Shown here piece by piece: positions 27,493-36,296 of a DNA stretch of 64,000 nucleotides. The DNA comes from Alphaproteobacteria bacterium (GTDB lineage Bacteria > Pseudomonadota > Alphaproteobacteria > UBA828), in assembly GCA_965237415.1 (NCBI GenBank), contig CBDEFM010000002.1, positions 1,216,001 through 1,280,000 on the forward strand. The letters are read 5' to 3'. The position numbers and the translations under genes were made by a program. The notes beneath the pieces were generated by a model. That model saw nothing but the letters and a program-made list of their open reading frames with translations, searched no databases and was not told the DNA's origin. The first letter of the stretch is position 1. Every line of letters starts with the position of its first letter.

Positions 27493-28962
27493 TTACGGCG
27501 TTTCTGCGAGAGGCTGAACGAGCATGAGAAGCGCCTGCGGGTAGAAGAAGAGTGCAGCCGTGCCGAGCGCCGCCACGAGGGTCGCCGCCAGAATCGGCCA
27601 GGGCGCCTCGGCCCGCCCGACCGCCACGCCGGGGCCTGCGCCTGGCGCGGGGAAGAAGGCGCGGACGAGGATCGGCAGGAAGTAGAGCGCGTTGAGCAGC
27701 GAGCTGCCGAGCAGGACGGCGATCACCGCGATATGGCGCCCGTCGTCGGCGCCTGCCACCAGGTACCACTTGCTCCAGAGCGCGGCGAAGGGCGGCAGCC
27801 CGATCAGCCCGAGCGCGCCGACAGTGAACGCGCCCATGGTGATGGGCATGCGGTAGCCGATGCCGTCGAGCTCGCTCACCAGCCTCTTGTGGGCGGCGGT
27901 GTAGATCGCGCCCGCGCAGAAGAAGAGCGTGATCTTGCCGAAGGCGTGCGTCGCCATGTGCATGGCGCCGCCCACGACGCCCGCGCTGGTCGCAAGCGCG
28001 CCCCCCAGCACCACATAGGCAAGCTGGCTCACGGTCGAATAGGCGAGCCGGCGTTTCAGGTCGTCCTGACGCAGCGCGATCAGCGAGGCGATCACGATGG
28101 TCGCGGCGGAGACCGCGATCAGCCACTCGCTGCCCGCCATCGAGCGGAGGAAATCGAGGCCGAAGATGTAGACCAGGACCTTGAGCACCGTGAACACGCC
28201 GGCCTTCACCACCGCCACCGCGTGCAGGAGCGCGCTCACCGGCGTGGGCGCCACCATCGCCGCCGGCAGCCAGCCGTGGAGCGGCATGAGCGCCGCCTTG
28301 CCGATGCCGAACATGTAGAGCACCAGCAGCACGGCGGCTGTGCGTTCGCTCACGGCACCGGCGAGGATTCCGCCCTTCTCGAAATCGAGCGTCCCCACCT
28401 CGACCCAGGTCCAGAGGATCGCGAAGAGCTGCAGCAGGATCGATGTCGACAGCAGGATCCCGAGGTAGGTCCTGCCGGCGCGCCGTGCCTCGTCGGTGCC
28501 GCTGTGGGTCACCAGCGGATAGGTGGAGAGCGTCAGCGCCTCGTAGAACAGGAAGAGCGTGAACATGTTGCCGGCGAAGGCGATGCCGATGGAGCTGCCG
28601 AGCGCGACCGCGAAGCAGACGTAGTAGCGGGTCCGGTGGCCCTCCTTGTTGGCGCGGACGTAGCCGATCGAATAGACCGTCGTCGCGATCCAGAGGAACG
28701 ACGCGATCAGCGCGAACAGCATCCCGAGCGGCTCGAGCGCGAAGGCGATGGGGAGCCCCGGCACGATGTCGAAGAGCGCGACGCGGGGCGTTTCGCCGGC
28801 CACGACCGACGGCGCGAGGGAGACGACCAGGCCGAAGAGCGCGACCGCGGTGACCACGGAGACCGCCTCCTGCAACACCGGCCGCCTCGCGGTCGCCGAG
28901 ATCAGGAGCGCGCCTGCCAACGGCACCGCCAGGGCGGCGAGGATCTGCGCGGCGTGGCTCAT
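27493..28962 (-). CDS. mrpD: Mrp antiporter subunit D-like
   Basis: KAALMPLHGWLPAAMVAPTPVSALLHAVAVVKAG, LAYSTVSQL. Start reassigned to MSHAAQ. Confidence 0.88.
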   Translation of the reverse strand: MSHAAQILAALAVPLAGALLISATARRPVLQEAVSVVTAVALFGLVVSLAPSVVAGETPRVALFDIVPGLPIAFALEPLGMLFALIASFLWIATTVYSIGYVRANKEGHRTRYYVCFAVALGSSIGIAFAGNMFTLFLFYEALTLSTYPLVTHSGTDEARRAGRTYLGILLSTSILLQLFAILWTWVEVGTLDFEKGGILAGAVSERTAAVLLVLYMFGIGKAALMPLHGWLPAAMVAPTPVSALLHAVAVVKAGVFTVLKVLVYIFGLDFLRSMAGSEWLIAVSAATIVIASLIALRQDDLKRRLAYSTVSQLAYVVLGGALATSAGVVGGAMHMATHAFGKITLFFCAGAIYTAAHKRLVSELDGIGYRMPITMGAFTVGALGLIGLPPFAALWSKWYLVAGADDGRHIAVIAVLLGSSLLNALYFLPILVRAFFPAPGAGPGVAVGRAEAPWPILAATLVAALGTAALFFYPQALLMLVQPLAETP

Positions 28963-30437
28963 GGCGCGTCCAGCAGCACCGCCGCCGCTCGCCCCGCGAT
29001 GCCGACGGTGAGATCCGTGTGGATCCCGAAGTAGAGCGAGCCCGCGATCATCGCCCAGGTCGAGAGCTGCATGGCCCACGGCGCCTCGCGCACCGGCTCG
29101 CTCTCGGGCGGCGGCGGGTGGAAGTAGGCGGCCTCGATCACGCGGCCTACATAGGCGAGCGCGATCAGCGAGCCGACCAGCACGAAGAGCGCCACCGGCC
29201 AGAGACCTGCCTCGAACGCGCCCTGCACCAGATACCACTTGCTCACGAAGCCGGAGGTGACGGGCACCCCGACGAGGCCGAGGCCGCCGATCACCACCGC
29301 CGCCATAGTGAACGGCATGCGCCGGCCGAGCCCGTGCAAGGCGGCGAGATCGGTCGCACCGAGGCGATAGGCGATGGCGCCGGCCGCGAGGAAGAGCCCG
29401 CCCTTCATCAACGCATGGTTGAAGATGTGGACCAGCGCGCCGGTCACGCCGGTCACGGAGGCGAGCCCGATGCCGACGCCGAGATAGCCGATCTGGCCCA
29501 CGCTGGAGAACGCCAGCAGGCGCTTGAGGTCGGTCTGGAAGACGGCAACGAGCGAGCCCGCGAGCACGGCTATGAGCGAGAGAGCGAGCAGAACCTCCGT
29601 GAGCGGCAGCGTCTCGAAGGCGAAGTGCACGCCGAACACGGTGAAGACGAAGCGGAGCAGCATGTAGGCGCCCACCTTGGTCGCGGTCGCCGCAAGAAAC
29701 GCGCTCACTATCGATGGCGCGTAGGCATAGGCGTTGGGCAGCCAGACATGGAACGGGAAAAGCGCGAGCTTGATCAGGACGCCCACGGTGATGAAGGCGA
29801 AGGCGGCGAGAACCGCCGGCGTCTCGCCCAGAGCCGGCACGCGCTGGGACAAGTCCGCGATGTTCAGGGTGCCGGTCTTGGCATAGAGGAAGCCGATCCC
29901 GATCAGGATCAGCGAGGCGCCGATGGTTCCGATGATGAGATACTGGTAGGAGGCCGTGAGCGCCCGCCGGCGGCGTCCCTGCGCGATCAGCACGTAGCTC
30001 GCGAGCGAGGAGATTTCGAGAAAGACGTAGATGTTGAAGGCGTCGCCGGTCGCGGTGATGCCGAGCAGGCCGGTCAGCGCCAGCAGGAAGATGGCGTAGA
30101 AGAGGTGCCGTCGCTCGGGCCGGACCTCCCGCTCCACGCTCTGGCGGGCGTAGGGCATCATCAGCGCGGCGGTGCCCGCGAGGATCAGGAGGACAAAGGC
30201 GTTGACGGCATCCAGCCGGTATTCGATGCCGATGGGCGGCGCCCAGCCGCCCAGGCGGTAGGAGATCGTGCCGCCGCTCATCACCTGTTCGAGCAGCAGG
30301 GCCGCGATCGCGAGCAGCCCCCAGCAGACGACGGTCGTGAAGCCCCAGGCGTAGCTCCCGCGCCGCAGCAGCACGCAGATCGGCGCCGCAATGAGCGGCA
30401 CCGCCACCTGGAGCACCGGCAGATGAGTCGCGATCAT
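28959..30437 (-). CDS. mrpD: Mrp antiporter subunit D
   Basis: GDAFNIYVFLEI, KLALFPFHVWLPNAY, ATATKV, NHALMKGGLF. Confidence 0.9.
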   Translation of the reverse strand: MIATHLPVLQVAVPLIAAPICVLLRRGSYAWGFTTVVCWGLLAIAALLLEQVMSGGTISYRLGGWAPPIGIEYRLDAVNAFVLLILAGTAALMMPYARQSVEREVRPERRHLFYAIFLLALTGLLGITATGDAFNIYVFLEISSLASYVLIAQGRRRRALTASYQYLIIGTIGASLILIGIGFLYAKTGTLNIADLSQRVPALGETPAVLAAFAFITVGVLIKLALFPFHVWLPNAYAYAPSIVSAFLAATATKVGAYMLLRFVFTVFGVHFAFETLPLTEVLLALSLIAVLAGSLVAVFQTDLKRLLAFSSVGQIGYLGVGIGLASVTGVTGALVHIFNHALMKGGLFLAAGAIAYRLGATDLAALHGLGRRMPFTMAAVVIGGLGLVGVPVTSGFVSKWYLVQGAFEAGLWPVALFVLVGSLIALAYVGRVIEAAYFHPPPPESEPVREAPWAMQLSTWAMIAGSLYFGIHTDLTVGIAGRAAAVLLDAP

Positions 30438-30784
30438 CGCCGATCCTGCTCGTCGATCTCGTCCTCTTCGACGGTCCCGTAGGCGCGCTTGATCGCGACG
30501 GTGAGCGCGAGCCCGACCGCGAGAGTCGAGACGGACACGACGATCGCCGTGAGGATCAGCACGTGGGGAAGCGGGTTGGAATAGACCCCGTAAGCGGCAT
30601 CGATGATCGGCGCGGTGCCGCCCTCGACCTTGCCCACCGTGATGTAGATCAGGAAAATCGCGGACTGGAAGATGCCGAGGCCGATCAGCTTCTTGATAAG
30701 GTTTGAGGGCGCAATGATGGCGTAGAGCCCGATCATCGCCAGCACGATCGCGGCCCAGTAGTTGGCGTGTGCGAGGGCCTCCAC
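30434..30784 (-). CDS. mrpC: Mrp antiporter subunit C
   Basis: NLIKKLIGL, NPLPHVLILTAIVVS; probable GTG start at 30784. Confidence 0.9.
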   Translation of the reverse strand: MEALAHANYWAAIVLAMIGLYAIIAPSNLIKKLIGLGIFQSAIFLIYITVGKVEGGTAPIIDAAYGVYSNPLPHVLILTAIVVSVSTLAVGLALTVAIKRAYGTVEEDEIDEQDRR

Positions 30785-30785
30785 C

Positions 30786-31199
30786 TCAGCGCCACTCAGC
30801 CAGGACACAGAAAATGATGGTCATCACGGCAGCGACCGCGACGCCGACACCGATCTCGATGATGATGATCCCGACGTGGTTGCCGTGGACCGGGTCGCCG
30901 GAGAGCGCGCCATACTCGAGGAACTCGCCGCCGCCGATCATGCTGGCGACGCCCACGCCTGCGTAGAGCAGCACGCCGAGACAGGCGATGACGACCAGGG
31001 CGCGCGGGGGCGCCACGGCGCGCATCGCCTCAGTGCCGAAGACGAGGCCGTAGAGAATCAGGCCGGCCCCGAAGATCACGCCCGCCTGAAAGCCGCCGCC
31101 CGGCCCGTAGTCTCCATGCATCTGAACGTAGAGGGCGAACAGCAGGATCGGCGGGATCAGCAGCTTCGAGACCACGCGCAGGACCAGATGCTCCGTCAT
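30786..31199 (-). CDS. mrpB: Mrp antiporter subunit B
   Basis: HGDYGPGGGFQAGVI, IEIGVG; start MTEHLVLR. Confidence 0.88.
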   Translation of the reverse strand: MTEHLVLRVVSKLLIPPILLFALYVQMHGDYGPGGGFQAGVIFGAGLILYGLVFGTEAMRAVAPPRALVVIACLGVLLYAGVGVASMIGGGEFLEYGALSGDPVHGNHVGIIIIEIGVGVAVAAVMTIIFCVLAEWR

Positions 31200-31750
31200 T
31201 CGCGGTCCCTCGCACTTGCGCGGCGCCGCCGCCGGGCGATGCCGAGCATCAGCAGCACGCCGATCCCTGCGGTGAAGATCACCGTGACCTCGCCAAGCGT
31301 ATCGAACCCCCGGTAGGACGCGAGCACCGCGGTGACGATGTTGGGCACGCCAGTCTCCGCCTCGCCCTGCTCCAGATAGTGGGGCGCGACATGCTGTTGC
31401 GCCGGCGCCTCCGGGTCGCCGAAGGCCGGCAGGTCGAGCGTGCCGTAGATCAGCAGGCCGCCGACGACGAGCGAAGCCAGGATCGGGAGCCACGGCCTGC
31501 GATGCGTGATCTTCTCGTGCCGATCGGTCGCGGAGATGGTGAGAAGCATGAAGACGGTGGTCACACCCGCGCCGACGGCGGCCTCGGTAAAGGCCACGTC
31601 GACGGCATCGAGCACGACCCAGAGCGCAGCCATGACCAGACTGTAGATGCCGAGCACCAGTGCGGCCGCCAACAGGTTGCGCAGCGTGACCACGACGAGC
31701 GCCGCCGCGACCAGCAGGGCCAGGAGCAGAATATCGACGTAGATATCTAT
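31196..31750 (-). CDS. DUF4040/MnhB-related Mrp subunit (apparent non-canonical ATA start)
   Basis: AVDVAFTEAAVGAG, PNIVTAVLASYRGFDTLGE. The first TM helix lies upstream of the first GTG (31693). Confidence 0.82.
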   Translation of the reverse strand: MDIYVDILLLALLVAAALVVVTLRNLLAAALVLGIYSLVMAALWVVLDAVDVAFTEAAVGAGVTTVFMLLTISATDRHEKITHRRPWLPILASLVVGGLLIYGTLDLPAFGDPEAPAQQHVAPHYLEQGEAETGVPNIVTAVLASYRGFDTLGEVTVIFTAGIGVLLMLGIARRRRRASARDRE

Positions 31751-32064
31751 GGCGCGGGGTCCCTGGGCTTACGGGTCCACGGCAGGATCCCGTCGAGCAG
31801 CGCCGCATGGGCGAGCGCGTGCGCTGCGGTCGGCGCGGTGAACACCAGGAATACGAATATCAGCACCAGCTTGAGCGCGGTCAGCGAGAGGCCGGCCTGA
31901 AGCATGAAGCCGAGCAGGATGAAACCCGCGCCGGCGGTGTCGGCGACGCTCGACGCGTGGAGCCGCGTGAAGAAATCCGGCATGCGGATCAGCCCGAGAC
32001 CGCCCACCAGCACGAAGAAGGCGCCGATGCCGATGCTGATCCAGCTCAGGATGTCGAGGATCAT
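31747..32064 (-). CDS. mrpG: Mrp antiporter subunit G
   Basis: GLIRMPDFFTRLHA, TAPTAAHALAHAA. Confidence 0.9.
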   Translation of the reverse strand: MILDILSWISIGIGAFFVLVGGLGLIRMPDFFTRLHASSVADTAGAGFILLGFMLQAGLSLTALKLVLIFVFLVFTAPTAAHALAHAALLDGILPWTRKPRDPAP

Positions 32065-32336
32065 GGCGCGCCCTCGACGTCCTGCGCGCGCCTCCGCTTG
32101 ATGTAGCGGAGCACCGCGATCGTGCCGATGAAGTTGATCAGCGCATAGACCAGCGCGATGTCGAGGAATTCCGGGCGGCCCATGAGGAAGCCCACCGCCG
32201 CGATCAGCAGCACGGTCATGGTCCCGATCGCATTCACGCCGAGCACGCGGTCGTACACCGTCGGCCCCAGATACGCGCGAACCAGCGCGAGGAAGGTGGT
32301 CACCACGAGCGCCGCGACGGCGGCGAGGAACATCAT
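32061..32336 (-). CDS. mrpF: Mrp antiporter subunit F
   Basis: GPTVYDRVLG, DIALVYALINFIGT. Confidence 0.9.
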   Translation of the reverse strand: MMFLAAVAALVVTTFLALVRAYLGPTVYDRVLGVNAIGTMTVLLIAAVGFLMGRPEFLDIALVYALINFIGTIAVLRYIKRRRAQDVEGAP

Positions 32337-32809
32337 GACCGGCCCTCGACCGCCGTGACGCGGCGGTCCATATCGCTCGACTTCAGCTCGTCCATGCCGC
32401 GCCGGGTGAGCGCGTGGACCTCGATGCCTTCGGCCGTCACCGACGTGGTGAGCGTGCCGGGCGTGAGCGTGATGGAGTTGGCGTAGATCACCTTGCCGAG
32501 ATCTGTCTTCTGGCTCGACGGCACGGTCTCCAGCACCGGGTCGATGCGCAGGCGGGGCGACAGCACAATGCGACTGACCTTCACCGCCGAGACCAGAATC
32601 TGGATCGCCAGCCAGGCCCAGTAGAGGGGGATGCGGTAGCCGAGATGAACGGGATGCCCCTCGTGGTCCACCACGTCCATGCGCATCGCCACCGCCACCG
32701 CGAACGCCGCGCAGACGGCGCCGATCGCGAGCAGAAAGGGCGTGTAGTGACCGGACAATGCGAGCCAGAGCCCGTAGAGACCGGCGAACAGACTGAGCGC
32801 GTGTCGCAC
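32333..32809 (-). CDS. mrpE: Mrp antiporter subunit E
   Basis: WLALSGHY, YANSITLTPGT, VHAL. Confidence 0.9.
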   Translation of the reverse strand: MRHALSLFAGLYGLWLALSGHYTPFLLAIGAVCAAFAVAVAMRMDVVDHEGHPVHLGYRIPLYWAWLAIQILVSAVKVSRIVLSPRLRIDPVLETVPSSQKTDLGKVIYANSITLTPGTLTTSVTAEGIEVHALTRRGMDELKSSDMDRRVTAVEGRS

Positions 32810-32946
32810 GCGAATCCCTCGTGCGGAGCCGGGAGCGCCCGGATTATGCCCCTAGCGACGCGGCCCGCAACAAGGAATGCCCGCAACTGTCGTCCGGCAA
32901 GCCGATCTGTCGCCTCCGGCCCTCAGCTTCGGCAGCGTGAGCGCCC

Positions 32947-33052
32947 CCACCTCTCCCCGGCCCTCTCCGCCCCCAGGGGCGGAGAGGGAGTCACGGGCGG
33001 CGCCTCCTGCGTCCCCCCTCCGCCCTTGGAGGAGGGGGACAGGGGGAGGTGG
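32947..33052. repeat. REP-like palindrome doublet, family 3 (CCCTCTCCGCCCC-A-GGGGCGGAGAGGG type)
   Basis: Two hairpin units in inverted orientation about 20 bp apart in an intergenic region. Confidence 0.7.
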
Positions 33053-33073
33053 AGGCAACGGTTCTGACTGTCC

Positions 33074-33588
33074 CTAGTCGTCAGCCTTGTTGTAGTCCCA
33101 GGTCAGCCAGTCCTGCGGCGTGATGGTCACGATCGTGCGGCCCTCGGCCATCACCGGCTCGGCGTACTTGTCCGCGTCCTCCGGCCCCAGCGCCTTCTTC
33201 AGAACTGCGACGGTGGCCTCGCGAATCAGCGCATCGTCCTGGGAGAGAGTGGCGTTGCCCCGGCACATGATCGCCCACGCTCCGGCGCCAAGACCCTGGG
33301 CGCCCTCGTCCACGCGCGGGTCGCGGTCGATCAGGATCGCCAGCGCGGGTCGCGGTCGATCAGGATCGAGACCCGCGGGTCCCGCGCCAGGTTCTTGAGG
33401 TGGATGCGGCCCGCGCCGAGGGTGAGCCGGAACACCTCGCCGTTCCAGTCGAACCAGATCGGCGTGAGGTGGATCATCCCGTCCTCGCGATAGCTCGCGA
33501 GCCGCGCCAGGGTGCCGGCCGCCAATCGCTCGTCGATTTCCGCCTTGGAGAGCGCGTTCTCAGGGGTTGCAGTGGTCTTCGAGCTCAT
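33074..33588 (-). pseudogene. Pyridoxamine 5'-phosphate oxidase-like (PPOX/F420-type) protein, frameshifted by a 29-bp duplication
   Basis: LARLASYREDGMIHLTPIWF...KNLARDPRVSILID, continued in another frame. A 26-bp repeat at 33314-33339 and 33343-33368 with CCA between; removal gives 486 nt in frame. Confidence 0.8.
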
Positions 33589-33756
33589 GGTCTCTCCCGC
33601 TGTCGCTTGTTGCCGGCGGGCGGGCGCCCGGCCGATGATGGGCGGCGATGATAGCGGCCGGCCCTCTTGATCGGAAGGCGCCGCGATCCTTGCCGGGCGC
33701 CGGCCGATGGGCGAGGCTCGCGCCCGGCCTCTGGCGTGTGAAGGAGAGATAAGGGC

Positions 33757-34875
33757 ATGGCATCGTCGCCGGAACGCCCACGCACGGACTACGGCAGCGC
33801 CGGCGTCGACGCCGACGCCGTCGAAGCGGGGCTCGCCGGCCTCGTCCGCCACGTCCGCGCCACATGGCCGGATGCCGACAGCGGCCTCGGCGCGATCAAG
33901 GTCGGCCTCGGCTATTTCGCGAGCGTCCTCGATTTCGGCGGCGTCGGAGTCGCCGTCTGCACCGACGGGATCGGCACCAAGGCGCTGATCGCGCAGATGA
34001 CGGGCCGCTACGACACCGTCGGCATCGACTGCGTGGCGATGAACGTCAACGACCTCATCTGTGTCGGCGCGCGGCCCATCACGCTGGTCGACTACGTCGC
34101 CGTCGAGCGCGCGGAGCCCGCGATGCTGGCGGCGATAGGCGCGGGCCTCGCGGAAGGCGCGCGGCAGGCCGGCGTCTCCATCGCGGGCGGCGAGATCGCC
34201 GCGATGCCAGACGTCATCAAGGGCGCGGTGCCGGACGCGGGGTTCGACCTGGCGGGGACCGCCGTCGGGCGCGTGGCGCTCGACGCGGTCAATACCGGGG
34301 CCCACGTGCGGCCGGGAGACAGCATCGTCGGCATCGCCAGCAGCGGCATCCACAGCAACGGCCTGACCCTGGCCCGGCGGGTCTTCTTCGAGACGGCAGG
34401 CCTCACCGTCGCCGACTGCGTGGACGAGCTCGGCGAGACCGTCGGCGAGGCGCTGCTCCGCCCCACCCACATCTATGTCCGCGAGGCGCTGGACCTGCTG
34501 GCCGAAGTGCCGGTGCACGCGCTGGTTCACATCACCGGCGACGGGTTCCTCAATCTGACCCGAATCGAGGCGCGGGTCGGCATGAAGCTCGACGCGCTGC
34601 CTGCGCCGCCGCCGGTCTTCACGGTCCTCCAGCGACTGGGCGGGATCGAGGACGCGGAGATGTACCGCGTCTTCAACATGGGCATCGGCTTCTGCGTCAT
34701 CGTGCCGGCTCGGCACGAGGCCCGCGCCGTCGCCATCCTCGGCGCGCACGGCAAGGCGTGCCAGCGGATCGGGACGGTGGTGGACGACGCGGACGAACGC
34801 GTGTGGATCGAGCAGGCGGGGCTGGTCGGCCGAGCGGGCCAGGGCTTTGCGGAGGAGCGCCCCGGCCCGGCCTAG
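33757..34875 (+). CDS. purM: Phosphoribosylformylglycinamidine cyclo-ligase (AIR synthetase)
   Basis: YGSAGVD, TDGIGTK, VAMNVNDL, GGEIA, SSGIHSNG, HITGDG, FNMGIGF. Confidence 0.93.
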   Translation: MASSPERPRTDYGSAGVDADAVEAGLAGLVRHVRATWPDADSGLGAIKVGLGYFASVLDFGGVGVAVCTDGIGTKALIAQMTGRYDTVGIDCVAMNVNDLICVGARPITLVDYVAVERAEPAMLAAIGAGLAEGARQAGVSIAGGEIAAMPDVIKGAVPDAGFDLAGTAVGRVALDAVNTGAHVRPGDSIVGIASSGIHSNGLTLARRVFFETAGLTVADCVDELGETVGEALLRPTHIYVREALDLLAEVPVHALVHITGDGFLNLTRIEARVGMKLDALPAPPPVFTVLQRLGGIEDAEMYRVFNMGIGFCVIVPARHEARAVAILGAHGKACQRIGTVVDDADERVWIEQAGLVGRAGQGFAEERPGPA

Positions 34876-35111
34876 CCCGGACCATGGTGCGCTGCACGGC
34901 GCCCCCGACACGTCATGGCCGGACTCGTTCCGGCCATCCACGTGTTTGCCCAGCGTCCGGCGGGCCTGGCTCTGGGGATGCCCGGAACAAGTCCGGGCAT
35001 GACGGCGTGTGGGAGTGGTCGGTCGGAGAGACCGCGCGCCGGCCCGACAACATGCAAACGAACTTCGGAAACGGGACACGAGCCCGGACCATGGTGCGGT
35101 GCACGGCGCCC
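34874..35111 (+). repeat. 31-bp direct repeats (34874-34904 and 35081-35111) enclosing a REP-like palindromic element
   Basis: AGCCCGGACCATGGTGCG(C/G)TGCACGGCGCCC occurs twice with one mismatch. Confidence 0.85.
34911..35004. repeat. Alphaproteobacterial REP-like element, family 4 (CGTCATGGCCGG...CCGGGCATGACG)
   Basis: Terminal inverted repeats, each forming its own hairpin (GGCCGGACTCGTTCCGGCC and GCCCGGAACAAGTCCGGGC). Confidence 0.8.
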
Positions 35112-35480
35112 GGCGTCCGTGCCAGGATCGCGCGATGCAGCAATCACGCTCCCGCGCGCGTATCCGCGCGACGCAACGCGAGAGCGAGCGGGAATCGGCA
35201 GGCGGAGTGAGAAGGCGCGCGCGACCTCATATTCCGCGCCCACGACCTTTCAGGCGTGGGCGACATCCCGCGGGCACGACCCTATGTGACGCGCGCGTGT
35301 CCTTTCTGGCACGCGCGACGCGGGCGTGCGGGACTCTTGATTCCGCGCCCGCGACCTTTCAGGCGCGGGCGACATCCCACTTATCCCACTTATCCCACTT
35401 ATCCCACTTATCCCACTTATCCCACTTATCCCACTTAATCCCACTTAATCCCGGCGAATCCCGCTTGGAATTAAATGTGT
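35081..35480 (+). repeat. Composite intergenic element, family 2, longest copy
   Basis: Module order: ACCATGGTGC head, GCGAGAGCGAGCGGG, degenerate GCGYRCRCGACC array, ATCCCACTT array. Inverted homologue at 50197-50465. Confidence 0.8.
35374..35466 (+). repeat. Tandem repeat: (ATCCCACTT)x7 followed by three 10-bp variants
   Basis: Read directly from the sequence. Confidence 0.95.
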
Positions 35481-35552
35481 ATCCGTCCCGCCGCGTTCTT
35501 CGGACCGCTCCCGGCGGAGCGAACGCTCGAGCGCCTCGGCGAGACTCGCGAC

Positions 35553-36170
35553 CTAATCGTGGGAGAAGATGTCCACCTCGGGCCAGCCCTCGAGATCGAG
35601 CCGGGCACGGTCGGGCAGGAAGGCGAAGCAGGCCTGCGCGAGCTCGACCCGCCCTTCGCGGGCCAACATCGCGTCGAGCTTCTCCTTGAGCGCGTGCAGG
35701 TGGAGAACGTCGTTCGCGGCGTACTCGAGCTGGCTTCGGGAGAGCGCGTCCGCGCCCCAGTCAGACGACTGCTGCTGCTTCGATATCTCGACGCCGAGCA
35801 GGTCGCGGCAGAGGTCCTTGAGGCCGTGGCGGTCGGTGAAGGTGCGCGAGAGCCGCGAGGCGATCTTGGTGCAATAGACCGGCCCGCAGCGGACGCTGAG
35901 CGCGTGCTCGAGCACGGCGATGTCGAAGCGGGCGAAGTGGAAGATCTTCAGCACCGTCTCGTCGGTCAGCAGCTTCGCCAGATACGGCGCGTCGATGGGC
36001 TCGCCCGGCGGAAACTGGACCAGATGGCAGTCGCCATCGCCGCGCGAGAGCTGAACCAGGCAGAGCCGGTCGCGATGCGGGTTGAGGCCCATCGTCTCGG
36101 TGTCGATCGCCACCGCATCGCCGAAGGTGAGCCCCGGCGGCAGGTCGCCGCGATGCAAGTGCTGAGCCAT
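35553..36170 (-). CDS. rnd: Ribonuclease D (short DEDDy 3'-5' exonuclease)
   Basis: AIDTETMGL, RDRLCLVQL, FHFARFD, QQSSDWG, YAANDV. Confidence 0.9.
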   Translation of the reverse strand: MAQHLHRGDLPPGLTFGDAVAIDTETMGLNPHRDRLCLVQLSRGDGDCHLVQFPPGEPIDAPYLAKLLTDETVLKIFHFARFDIAVLEHALSVRCGPVYCTKIASRLSRTFTDRHGLKDLCRDLLGVEISKQQQSSDWGADALSRSQLEYAANDVLHLHALKEKLDAMLAREGRVELAQACFAFLPDRARLDLEGWPEVDIFSHD

Positions 36171-36181
36171 GGCGTGCTGCC

Positions 36182-36252
36182 TAGCCCGGAACTCTCGCCA
36201 GGGTCAACGTCTGCGCGACGCAGGCCGTGACATTGGTGAGAAATCCGGGCTA
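36182..36252. repeat. REP/REPIN-like doublet, family 1
   Basis: TAGCCCGGAACTCTCGCCA ... TGGTGAGAAATCCGGGCTA between divergent genes. Confidence 0.8.
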
Positions 36253-36296
36253 ATAGTCGTGGCGCGTCAACGGCAAGGGCAGCGAGCGGGGCCCAC

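Noticed and set aside
34874-35480. Possible CRISPR array
   Set aside because: Only two 31-bp copies 207 bp apart plus tandem units without unique spacers; no cas genes.
35009-35689. ORFs containing SHL, PTY or GIS repeats
   Set aside because: These are translations of the 9-bp tandem repeat in different frames; the homologous copy does not keep a frame.
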